This document shows positions 8,602 through 16,892 of a stretch of DNA of 64,000 nt, one piece after another. The position numbers and the translations under genes were made by a program. Every line of letters starts with the position of its first letter. Position 1 is the first letter of the stretch. The DNA lies in contig JAIBAX010000021.1 of assembly GCA_019694955.1 (NCBI GenBank), forward strand, positions 989 to 64,988, given 5' to 3'. The notes beneath the pieces were generated by a model. That model did not search any database, was not told the DNA's origin, and saw only the letters and a program-made list of their open reading frames with translations. The stretch is from Chitinophagales bacterium (GTDB lineage: Bacteria > Bacteroidota > Bacteroidia > Chitinophagales > JADIYW01).

Positions 8602-8680
8602 AGCGTTTATTTAACGCTTAGAGGGTTTGAAATCCTCCAAGCGTTTAGACCTAACAGGTTTTGAAAACCTGTCAGGTCTA
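8602..8680. repeat. Three abutting or overlapping hairpins in the divergent intergenic region
   Basis: Hairpin 1 is AGCGTT/AACGCT (8602-8618). Hairpin 2 is AACGCTTAGAGG-gtttgaaat-CCTCCAAGCGTT (8613-8645). Hairpin 3 is TAGACCTAACAGGTTTT-g-AAAACCTGTCAGGTCTA (8646-8680). Confidence 0.5.
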
Positions 8681-8731
8681 TAAATCGGCTGAATGAATTG
8701 TCTTTTCAGAAGAATATCCTAACTTTAAACC

Positions 8732-9625
8732 ATGAACTTATTCAACATATTTAGGCAGAAGAGCAAATCGTATGTTTCTGAGGATGTCGGCAGGTTTTAT
8801 GATGAACACTATGAGGCTTTTAATAAAGTTTATGGGGAGGTTATCCAAGCATTCCGAACCAATGACTTAAGCAAGATTTTAGATTATCAGATTGCTCAGA
8901 TTGGCATAGAACCACACCATACTATTTTGGATGCTGGTTGTGGTGTATGTGGCCCGGCGAGGTATTTTGCCAAACATACTCAAGCAAATATTCATGCAGT
9001 AACCATTTCGCAAGTGCAGTATGAGGTGGCAAAAGGTAAAATAGAAACGGAAGGGCTTGCCGACAGATTACAAGTACACCGTCAGGATTATCATCAATTG
9101 AGGAAGCGGTTTGCTAAGGACTTCTTTGATAGGATTTATTTTTTAGAGTCTTTCGGTCATTCTAATGATAAGGAGCGATTGCTAAAAGAATGTTGGAAGG
9201 TGCTAAAACCGGGAGGAGAAATCTATATCAAAGATTTGTTTATCAGGAAAGTTGCCAACGCCGGAACACAGGCAAAAATTGATCGTGAGATTGTAAAAAT
9301 CAATAACGCCTACCATTATGATGTGGCTGACTTAAATGCGTTCTTAGACATTGTCAGAAACTTAGGTTATGTTATTAGCTTTGTCAAAACTATTGATATC
9401 AGCTTGGAGGATTTTGAAAACCTCGCTATCTCGAATGAGTGGCAGGAACTCACCGGCATAGCCACCATTGACAACTGGACAAATTATGTTTTCCCTATCG
9501 ATTTTTTCGAAGTTAAACTGTATAAACCTGAGTATGATACCAGCAAAGGAGTACATCGCTATTTTATCCAGAATCTCTTCCAGCTTAAAGTGAATCACGT
9601 TGACGAAAATGATTTAGATGCTTAA
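8732..9625 (+). CDS. Class I SAM-dependent methyltransferase (tocopherol/sterol/cyclopropane-FA MT-like)
   Basis: 297 aa. Motif I is ILDAGCGVCGP, followed by AVTISQVQYEVAK and post-II FLESFGH...LKPGGEIYIKD. Confidence 0.85.
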   Translation: MNLFNIFRQKSKSYVSEDVGRFYDEHYEAFNKVYGEVIQAFRTNDLSKILDYQIAQIGIEPHHTILDAGCGVCGPARYFAKHTQANIHAVTISQVQYEVAKGKIETEGLADRLQVHRQDYHQLRKRFAKDFFDRIYFLESFGHSNDKERLLKECWKVLKPGGEIYIKDLFIRKVANAGTQAKIDREIVKINNAYHYDVADLNAFLDIVRNLGYVISFVKTIDISLEDFENLAISNEWQELTGIATIDNWTNYVFPIDFFEVKLYKPEYDTSKGVHRYFIQNLFQLKVNHVDENDLDA

Positions 9626-10622
9626 CAGATGGCTAAAGAATAGGATTTATATCACCTTAGTACATAAGTTTAGCTTATTATTTTCACTTTTGTATTTTAC
9701 CATTTTCTATTTTGACATCCCGTTAACCTTGTTATTTAAGCATCTTTCGGCATCACTGATGCTATGTATCGGTATTGCCGGAATCGGTTATTTATTCAAT
9801 GATTATAATGATATTGAACAAGATAAACTTGCCCGTAAACACAATATATTTCTACAATTGAGCAAAAGTAAGGTATATATCCTCAGCTTTCTATGCTTAA
9901 TTTTCGCAATCTTGCCATGGTTTATTTTGCCTTTTGACAGGATTTCTTTGTGTTTGGTGCTTGTAGAATTCTTCTTGTTTTATGCGTATGCATTTCAGCC
10001 GTTTCGTTGGAAAGAAAAGGCTTGGCTGGGCGTACTTGCCGATGCCGGATATGCGCATGTCATTCCTGCTGTCTTAGCTATTTATACTTTTAGTCAAATT
10101 CCGAATGAACTAGGTTCATTTAACCATCCGATTTGCCTACTGATCATCTTTGGAGTTTGGCTGGTAGCAAATGGTATCAGAAATATATTATTGCATCAGA
10201 TAGAAGATTATGAACATGATAAAAAGGCCGCAACGAAAACATGGATTCAGACCATCGGAATGGGGAGAATGAAAAAATATATCCTCCGTTTTCTGATTCC
10301 TTTAGAGTGGTTATGTTTCTTGTCTCTGCCCATTATTCTTGGGTTTAGTTATAAATGGCTTTTACTGCCCTACATCCTATATTTTCTGCTATACTTCCTG
10401 AAGAAATGGATGATAAATCATTATCCATTCTTCCGAAAATCTGCACTTGAAAATGAGCAGTTATTTTTATTTTATAATGGGAATATGCTGAACGAGTACT
10501 ATGAAAAATATTTACCCCTTGTGTTGATTATTTTTTTTAGCTTTTTTGATGTCAACTATCTTTTCCTACTGGGTATTCATCTGTTAATTTTCCTTCCTAT
10601 TTATTTCAACAAATCAACTTAA
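9618..10622 (+). CDS. UbiA family prenyltransferase (polytopic membrane protein)
   Basis: 334 aa and very hydrophobic. It has the Asp-rich motifs NDYNDIEQD and EDYEHD. The start overlaps the methyltransferase stop by 8 nt. Confidence 0.85.
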   Translation: MLNRWLKNRIYITLVHKFSLLFSLLYFTIFYFDIPLTLLFKHLSASLMLCIGIAGIGYLFNDYNDIEQDKLARKHNIFLQLSKSKVYILSFLCLIFAILPWFILPFDRISLCLVLVEFFLFYAYAFQPFRWKEKAWLGVLADAGYAHVIPAVLAIYTFSQIPNELGSFNHPICLLIIFGVWLVANGIRNILLHQIEDYEHDKKAATKTWIQTIGMGRMKKYILRFLIPLEWLCFLSLPIILGFSYKWLLLPYILYFLLYFLKKWMINHYPFFRKSALENEQLFLFYNGNMLNEYYEKYLPLVLIIFFSFFDVNYLFLLGIHLLIFLPIYFNKST

Positions 10623-11340
10623 AATACTTATTCCTGAAGTCCTCATTCACAAAATAAAATAAACCTGCATAAAAAAGAATGGCATATGCTGCTCCGCAAG
10701 TAGCACTTAAGATTATGTGATCAAAGAAAAAAGAGTGTTCTCTAAAAATGAAGAAACTGATACTGCTTGCAATCAACCCTATGATTACTGGAAATGGTAA
10801 GGACGTAGTATTGATACTACTAATTTGCAAGTTACACATACTGCCGGGCAATAGTCGAAAAAAGAGGTATAGTCCCCATAATGAAAATATCAACTGCGGA
10901 ATATACAATAGTATTATATCAAATACTTTTCCTTCTTTACTATAATAATCCATGTGAAAGACATTCGTTATAACAATGTAATTATTATAATGTGTAATCA
11001 GGTCTAGACCAAGATGTACAAATATTCCTACTATTAAAGACCACAAGATTACAGATTTGCTATTATTGGGTGGGATATGCGCTTCTTCGATATTAAAATA
11101 GTGAAAGATGGGCTTTTTGAGAAAATGCCTCCATATATAATATAGAAGAACTGACAAAGGAATCAGAACAAATAATATACATGTCCAAGTAAAGCTAAAC
11201 ATATGAAATCTACTCCCTGTTAGCACAATATCTAAATCAGGTACTACTGAAGCAACACAGAGTGCTTCTACATCAACATGTTTTTTCAGCAGTCTTTTTA
11301 TGGGTTTAGAAAACCCAATATGAGCAACGGTGAACGGCAT
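10606..11340 (-). CDS. DUF4184-like membrane protein (putative metal-dependent hydrolase fold)
   Basis: 244 aa. It has the N-terminal MPFTVAH, multiple TM segments and HLGLDLITH. Its 3' end overlaps the convergent UbiA gene by 17 nt. Confidence 0.55.
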   Translation of the reverse strand: MPFTVAHIGFSKPIKRLLKKHVDVEALCVASVVPDLDIVLTGSRFHMFSFTWTCILFVLIPLSVLLYYIWRHFLKKPIFHYFNIEEAHIPPNNSKSVILWSLIVGIFVHLGLDLITHYNNYIVITNVFHMDYYSKEGKVFDIILLYIPQLIFSLWGLYLFFRLLPGSMCNLQISSINTTSLPFPVIIGLIASSISFFIFREHSFFFDHIILSATCGAAYAILFYAGLFYFVNEDFRNKYFKLIC

Positions 11341-11346
11341 TCAAGG

Positions 11347-12198
11347 TTAATGATCTGTTCTATTTTTTAATTCTAGCAATGCCCACAATCCATAAATATT
11401 TGTATAAGGATCTGGTTCAGCGAATTCATTTCCAGACATAGCACCATATCCGTTTTTCAGATATAATTTTAGTTCTTTTGTCCAATCCATCAAGGGTATT
11501 TTATTGTCTCCGGTAGCATACAAATATGCTGCCATGGAAATCACTCTGATGGCCCATCCATCTTTTATATCCAATTCTTCCTTTGGCAAATTCAGGTTCT
11601 CAATAACTTTCGATTTGAAATAAGCTAAGCGGTTTGTAACTGCCGTATCTTTTTGATTTAATGATAAATTTTTAAATGCCAGCAATCCTTTTGCTTGCAT
11701 GACAGGAGTAGTGTCATAATAATGCTTCATCGATTCCAGCGCATTAATAGGCATGGGGTATTTTCCTGCATATTCTGACCATACAGAAATGGTCACATCA
11801 TTATTGACATAATCATCAAAATTATTGCGTTTCAGTACATCTAAATTTTGCTCTATCACCTCATTCGGAGGAAGTGCTCCTGTAAGTTTTCCATACAGCT
11901 TTAGAACGTAGTTATTATTGCCCCTAGATTCACTTATCTTATCTTCATCCGCAATCGTCTTTCCTAAATTAAAATGATGATCAAGTAGTACTATCAAATA
12001 AACAATTTCTAAATTGCGCTCATACTTGTAATGCGTTGAAACATACAAATCACTGATGTCAATTGCCTTATTAATTTCTTTCCTTACACTATCTTTCTGT
12101 GCATCCGTGAGCATAGTGACCTGATCTTCAAAATTTGCTTGTTGACCATAAGCGGTTACAAATAAAATGCTTAAAAATAAACTGTACAGAATCTTCAT
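11347..12198 (-). CDS. Secreted hypothetical protein
   Basis: The ORF track gives 11347..12234. I prefer the Met at 12198 because it starts a signal peptide (MKILYSLFLSILFVTAYGQQ). No family was recognised. Confidence 0.55.
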   Translation of the reverse strand: MKILYSLFLSILFVTAYGQQANFEDQVTMLTDAQKDSVRKEINKAIDISDLYVSTHYKYERNLEIVYLIVLLDHHFNLGKTIADEDKISESRGNNNYVLKLYGKLTGALPPNEVIEQNLDVLKRNNFDDYVNNDVTISVWSEYAGKYPMPINALESMKHYYDTTPVMQAKGLLAFKNLSLNQKDTAVTNRLAYFKSKVIENLNLPKEELDIKDGWAIRVISMAAYLYATGDNKIPLMDWTKELKLYLKNGYGAMSGNEFAEPDPYTNIYGLWALLELKNRTDH

Positions 12199-12380
12199 CT
12201 TTATCCTTTTAAAAGTTACTATTGAAAAAAGCATGCCAATGATTCATTGGCAACTAAAATATATTCAAATTTATACTTAATAACATTTCTATCCAAATTA
12301 CAATAGAAAAAAATGGTTAATAGCACCAAAAATTACAGAAATCTTGAGAATTAGCGTACCTTGTACGCTCAATTTATACT

Positions 12381-12896
12381 ATGCAGATTAACAAAAACAA
12401 AGTAGTGTCTGTACACTACACACTTATGGTTGAGCAAGATGGACAACAAGTCATTGCCGACCAGTCGAAGGAAGGAAACCCGCTATTGTTTCTTTTTGGG
12501 GCAGGTATGTTGCTCCCAGATTTTGAGGACAATCTTTTAGGAAAATCTAAAGATGATACTTTTGATTTCTTTATCAGCCCTGAGAATGGATACGGTGTCA
12601 GCGACCCACAGCAGATGGTGAGAATCCCTATTGATGCCTTCAAAAATGAGCAAGGCGAGATTGACAGAACCATGCTTGTGGTTGGCAATGTACTTCCTAT
12701 GATGGATCAAAATGGACAACACTTTAATGGCATTGTTGCAGAAGTTGGTCTTGATTATGTTGTGATGGATTTCAATCATCCTTTGGCAGATAAGGAATTG
12801 CATTTCACCGGATATGTCGTAGAGGTGCGAGAAGCTACCGAAGAGGAAATCGCTCACGGTCATGTACACGGCCCGGGTGGTCACCACCATCATTAA
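12381..12896 (+). CDS. slyD: FKBP-type peptidyl-prolyl isomerase SlyD
   Basis: 171 aa. It has an FKBP core with an inserted flap and the His-rich tail HGHVHGPGGHHHH. Confidence 0.9.
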   Translation: MQINKNKVVSVHYTLMVEQDGQQVIADQSKEGNPLLFLFGAGMLLPDFEDNLLGKSKDDTFDFFISPENGYGVSDPQQMVRIPIDAFKNEQGEIDRTMLVVGNVLPMMDQNGQHFNGIVAEVGLDYVVMDFNHPLADKELHFTGYVVEVREATEEEIAHGHVHGPGGHHHH

Positions 12897-12926
12897 GATG
12901 CGTTAAGGTTGGCAAGATTAAATTAA

Positions 12927-12959
12927 AATGCGTTGATGTAAAAATCAGCGCATTTTTTT
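12927..12959 (+). terminator. Rho-independent terminator of slyD
   Basis: The stem AATGCGTTGAT/ATCAGCGCATT has one wobble and is followed by TTTTT. Confidence 0.6.
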
Positions 12960-12976
12960 ATGCCCATTTTCTAATG

Positions 12977-13081
12977 TAATAACGGGATTTTTAAAGGTAG
13001 TCCACTCTTGTTCTCGTGTCTTCACGAGAACAAGGGATTAGGTTTTATTAATCGGCAATTTTATAATTACTTTTGTGATAA
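12977..13081 (+). repeat. Dispersed repeat family B, copy B1 (hairpin element)
   Basis: About 105 nt containing a perfect 12-bp hairpin, CTTGTTCTCGTG-tctt-CACGAGAACAAG (13007-13034). It aligns end to end with the reverse complement of 23780-23885. Confidence 0.7.
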
Positions 13082-13209
13082 CCTAAGAAAACATTAGAAA
13101 TTACTGCAAGAAAATTCTACTTCATATCTATTTCTGTACTCATTTTTCTATACTCATGGCTATTTTGTAAATTTCCTTTCGTCACAAAGTCTTATGCTTT
13201 TTCTGGGTT
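13080..13209 (+). mobile_element. MITE-like repeat family A, copy A1 (short variant)
   Basis: It shares the core GAAATTACTGCAAGAAAATTCTACTTCATATCTATTTCTGTACTCATTTTTCT with 28081-28135. The right end ...GCTTTTTCTGGGTT matches the TIR. It lacks about 45 nt that are present in A2. Confidence 0.6.
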
Positions 13210-13220
13210 TAAGTATCGTT

Positions 13221-13251
13221 AAAATAAAAAATCCCGACCATCCGGTCGGGA
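13221..13251 (-). terminator. Rho-independent terminator of the 13287..13889 gene
   Basis: The stem TCCCGACC/GGTCGGGA is followed by a T-run on the minus strand. Confidence 0.7.
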
Positions 13252-13286
13252 CTCTTTATTCGGCCTTTCGAATTTTTGTTGTGTGA

Positions 13287-13889
13287 TTACGCTTCTGCAG
13301 GCGTAACAGTTTCTTTTACTTCAGCAGCAACTTTCTTTGCTCTTGAAGTAGCAGCTTTTGCTTTAGTTTCTGCTTTAGCAACAGTTTTCTTTGCAGTAGC
13401 TGTAGTTTCTTTTACTGCTTTCTTCGCTGTTCTGGTAGTTTTCTTAACTTCTTTTTCCAGTTCTTTTTCAGCTTTGTCAACAGCAGTTTGTGCTTTCTTC
13501 ACAGTTTTGTTAGCAGTAGCTCTTGCAGTTTTTACAGCTTTCTCAGCTTTGTCCATAACATCTTTAGCTGCTTTTTCTACTCTTTTTTCTCCTGTATTGA
13601 TTTGCTCATAAACGAAGTCGAATACTCTGTCGATACGTACTTTTACTTCATCCAAGAAGTTTTCTGTTTCAGCCAAAACATTTGTTTTGATCTGATCAAC
13701 ATTTACTAATTCGTTTAAACGACTAGCAATTTTTTCTTGGTACTCAGACAAGTTTTCTTTTTGTCCTTCTACTTGTGTACGTAAGTCTTGAGTTAAGTTT
13801 TGGATGTTCTCCTTTACTTCTTCAATTCTTGCATTTACATCATTCATCAATGATTCGAAAGCGGCCTGTAACTTTTCGTTCTGTTTCAT
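13287..13889 (-). CDS. Coiled-coil protein with a Lys/Ala-rich histone-H1-like C-terminal tail
   Basis: 200 aa. The N-terminus has heptad-like helices. The C-terminus carries degenerate KKAVKETTATAKKTVAKAETKAKAA repeats. Confidence 0.65.
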   Translation of the reverse strand: MKQNEKLQAAFESLMNDVNARIEEVKENIQNLTQDLRTQVEGQKENLSEYQEKIASRLNELVNVDQIKTNVLAETENFLDEVKVRIDRVFDFVYEQINTGEKRVEKAAKDVMDKAEKAVKTARATANKTVKKAQTAVDKAEKELEKEVKKTTRTAKKAVKETTATAKKTVAKAETKAKAATSRAKKVAAEVKETVTPAEA

Positions 13890-14219
13890 TTTAAATAATT
13901 TTTTTGTTTTAAATTATGATGCAAAGGTAGGACAGATGTATTAATTCACTGTTATTGCGCTTTTAAGAAAAATTGATTTAAAAATGTTTTATTTATCAAT
14001 TCTGTGTGAACTAATTTTTACCACCGTTATTAGAATGATGATAATTTTATCAAAAGTTATATTATATAAGGCTTTCAACTTGTTATGTAAACAAATCTTA
14101 TTAATATTGATTTAAGAAAAGAAATTGCACTCCAAATATTAGGTTGCATTTATTGCGTAACATAAAATGCGGAACGGCAAAAAATATACATACACTTTCT
14201 CTTATACATTATCTGTTGC

Positions 14220-16826
14220 TTATTTTTCTAAAGCATCTTTTATCAGGAACAAGATATATTTTCTATGCGCACTTGTTGTTGCATCACCTGTCGGAATTTC
14301 CATCCATTTTTTAATTTTATTCAACTCCGCCAATACTTGTGATTTTACTGCGGGCATGGTGTTACCTTCTGTAATAAAAAGTTTCAATAATCTATTGGTA
14401 TATTCTATTTGCAAATTTTGTCTTTTTATAGATATATTAGATGTGAGGTCTTCTTTAAAAATACCCTCAGTCAAGTCGCTCAGCATTTCGGATAAAACAT
14501 ATTTATTGCCATAAGTTTCTGAGTCAACGATTCTATCTAAAACTTCTCCATTCAAAACATGGTCAAACACTCCTTTTTGTATATTTAGTGTGCGTTCCAA
14601 TATCTGTGGATCTTGTGGTCCTTGCCCCAAAGAGAATCCTCTTCTCTGCATTTGCAGATAATTTGCCAAGTCACCGGGAACATTCAAAGCATTTTTTGAA
14701 AATGCCAAATCAATTACTGTTTTCATGGCGTTCTTTTGATCCGCATATGCTACCGGTGTAAAAGGTTTGGTAGTGCTTTTCTGTTCAGGAAAAGATCTGT
14801 CCATATATACACCACCAATTTGTTTTGAAATAATGGTCAATGCTCTTCCTTGCGTGCCTGTCAAAATCAGGTATGCATTCCTTAGTGCTTGATAGGACTG
14901 ACCGTCTTTTATCATTTTTGTTTTTAGTACATTCATCACGCTGTCGGCCATTTTAAACTGCATGGTAGCATAAGCAACAGGATTGCTAGAGTGGTCGAAT
15001 AACATAATGCGGGGATCCATACCTTTACCAGGAGAACGCATGTCGTCGGCATCATTAAAGAAACGCAATTCAGGTTGTGTTGATTTCATCAACAACTGAT
15101 TTAATCCCTGTTTTTCTGCATCCAGGTTATCAAAGTTGAGATAACCATATTGGATAGCCCATATATCATAAGGGCCGGGACGAACATCATAAAACAATCC
15201 CTGCTTATTTTTGTCGGAAGAAATATTGGTTGGCTTATAATCCATCACGGAAGCACTCAGCCCAACACGGCGACCTAATGCTTCGTCTTGTACTTGCTCC
15301 ATATTATTCATCATACTAGCGATGAAATTATGATTCAACCCAAATGTATGTCCTACCTCATGCATCACTAACTCAAACAGTGTTTGTTTCAGAAACTCAT
15401 CCTTCTCTAATTGAGAAAAATCATATGCCTCTAATACTGCATTACCATACAGAAGATTCTGATGCATGACTTCACCCATCTGACAAAAGTGTGCATCTTC
15501 AATAGTATTATAATCTTCAAAATGATCTAAGGCTACCAAATCAAATAACTCCTGCTGACGCAAGCGGTTGGTAAAATAAACATATTCCAACATGATATCA
15601 GCGCCGAGTATTTGTCCGGTAAGCGGATTCGCCAACGAGGGACCATATCCGCCAAAAGGAGGTTGTGGTGAGGATGTCCATCTAATGACATTATAGCGAA
15701 TATCCCCAGCGTCCCAATCTGCTGTATCCGGTTGTTCATAACATACGACTGCGTTTTTAAACCCTGCTTGTTCAAAAGCAATATTCCATGACTCAACAGC
15801 CTCTTTTATAATCGGTCTGAATGCTATAGGAGTGGTATTCTCCATCCACCATACGATGGGTTCAACTGGTTCTGAAATCGCTAATTCGGGGTTCTTTTTC
15901 ACCAAATGCCATCTATCGATTACATCTCGATAAGGTACTGCGCTGGTGGTGGTCATATCTGTTATCTGTTCCGTAAAATATCCCACACGAGGATCTTCAA
16001 AGCGAGGTTTGAAATCATTCTCCGGAACAGCAATGATACTGTGTTGTATCTTCACACTTACTGACCTCGGGTCTGTAACATCTTCTCCACCAGAAAAGGA
16101 AGGATACTTGTTGTCATAAACATACTCTACGAATACGTCTGTATTTTGAGGATAGTTTTTTATGGATGAGTATTTTGTTTTTTCTACACTTAAAGCACCA
16201 AGATTGAAAGCATTAAAGGGCGTTTCACCTTGTCTGGAAGAAGGTTTTATTTGCGATAATGTTTCCTGCAAAAACACCTTGTCAGCATCCACCAAATATC
16301 TTTTCGCTTTTGCACCGGAAGTGTCTTGTGTCATTCCACTGATGGTTAAAGTGGTTATGATGGCATTGTTGATATTTGCATTGGCGGCCTTGCTCAAAGC
16401 ATTCTCTGGATCATAGTAATAGGCTGTATTCTGAATAGAAAATTCTAGCTTATCAAAATACTTATTTATCTTCAATATCTTGGTGTCGCGATATGCTCCT
16501 CTAAAGAACCCCGTTGTAAGTACACCATCGGAAACTGATTTAAAATAAATGTATAATTTACCTAATTTATCCTCGCTTATTTCTATGAATGATTTTCCCG
16601 TAACGGTATCTTGATAAATAGGAAATAGACCATCTATTTTTTTACATTTTTTGGTCACTTCTGCAATAGGTTTGAAAGCAGGTTCTTCTTTTTTTGGAGT
16701 GGGTGCTACAACCGTAGGAACGGTATCTTTTTTCACTGCTTCGTTCTTTTTTCCTTTATCATTTGTGTTAGCAGGTGTTGTCGTAACAACACAAAAAATG
16801 AACAGTGATAATAATAAATGCTTCAT
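14220..16826 (-). CDS. Secreted zinc-dependent metalloprotease (large Bacteroidota family)
   Basis: 868 aa with a signal peptide and the HExxH motif VMHEVGHTFGLNHNF. Confidence 0.85.
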   Translation of the reverse strand: MKHLLLSLFIFCVVTTTPANTNDKGKKNEAVKKDTVPTVVAPTPKKEEPAFKPIAEVTKKCKKIDGLFPIYQDTVTGKSFIEISEDKLGKLYIYFKSVSDGVLTTGFFRGAYRDTKILKINKYFDKLEFSIQNTAYYYDPENALSKAANANINNAIITTLTISGMTQDTSGAKAKRYLVDADKVFLQETLSQIKPSSRQGETPFNAFNLGALSVEKTKYSSIKNYPQNTDVFVEYVYDNKYPSFSGGEDVTDPRSVSVKIQHSIIAVPENDFKPRFEDPRVGYFTEQITDMTTTSAVPYRDVIDRWHLVKKNPELAISEPVEPIVWWMENTTPIAFRPIIKEAVESWNIAFEQAGFKNAVVCYEQPDTADWDAGDIRYNVIRWTSSPQPPFGGYGPSLANPLTGQILGADIMLEYVYFTNRLRQQELFDLVALDHFEDYNTIEDAHFCQMGEVMHQNLLYGNAVLEAYDFSQLEKDEFLKQTLFELVMHEVGHTFGLNHNFIASMMNNMEQVQDEALGRRVGLSASVMDYKPTNISSDKNKQGLFYDVRPGPYDIWAIQYGYLNFDNLDAEKQGLNQLLMKSTQPELRFFNDADDMRSPGKGMDPRIMLFDHSSNPVAYATMQFKMADSVMNVLKTKMIKDGQSYQALRNAYLILTGTQGRALTIISKQIGGVYMDRSFPEQKSTTKPFTPVAYADQKNAMKTVIDLAFSKNALNVPGDLANYLQMQRRGFSLGQGPQDPQILERTLNIQKGVFDHVLNGEVLDRIVDSETYGNKYVLSEMLSDLTEGIFKEDLTSNISIKRQNLQIEYTNRLLKLFITEGNTMPAVKSQVLAELNKIKKWMEIPTGDATTSAHRKYILFLIKDALEK

Positions 16827-16844
16827 TCTTGAAATTTAAATAAC

Positions 16845-16870
16845 AAAGGTAGCCAAAATTGACTACCTTT
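16845..16870 (-). terminator. Candidate terminator after the Cys-rich gene
   Basis: The stem AAAGGTAG/CTACCTTT has T-rich sequence following on the minus strand. Confidence 0.4.
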
Positions 16871-16892
16871 TATATGTTAAAAACTGTAAAAA

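Noticed and set aside
12977-13081. Possibility that the GTTCTCGTG...CACGAGAAC palindromes are CRISPR repeats
   Set aside because: The copies are single and tens of kb apart, each embedded in a ~105-nt conserved unit. There is no spacer array and no cas genes.
13276-13611. 111-aa plus-strand ORF (Ala/Phe/Val-rich)
   Set aside because: It is an antisense artefact of the Lys/Ala repeat coding region, because GCN/AAR repeats read open on the opposite strand.
13890-14219. A 330-bp very AT-rich intergenic region as a possible oriC/DUE
   Set aside because: I could find no DnaA-box matches better than about 6 of 9. The region is adequately explained as promoter plus terminator space between two minus-strand genes.
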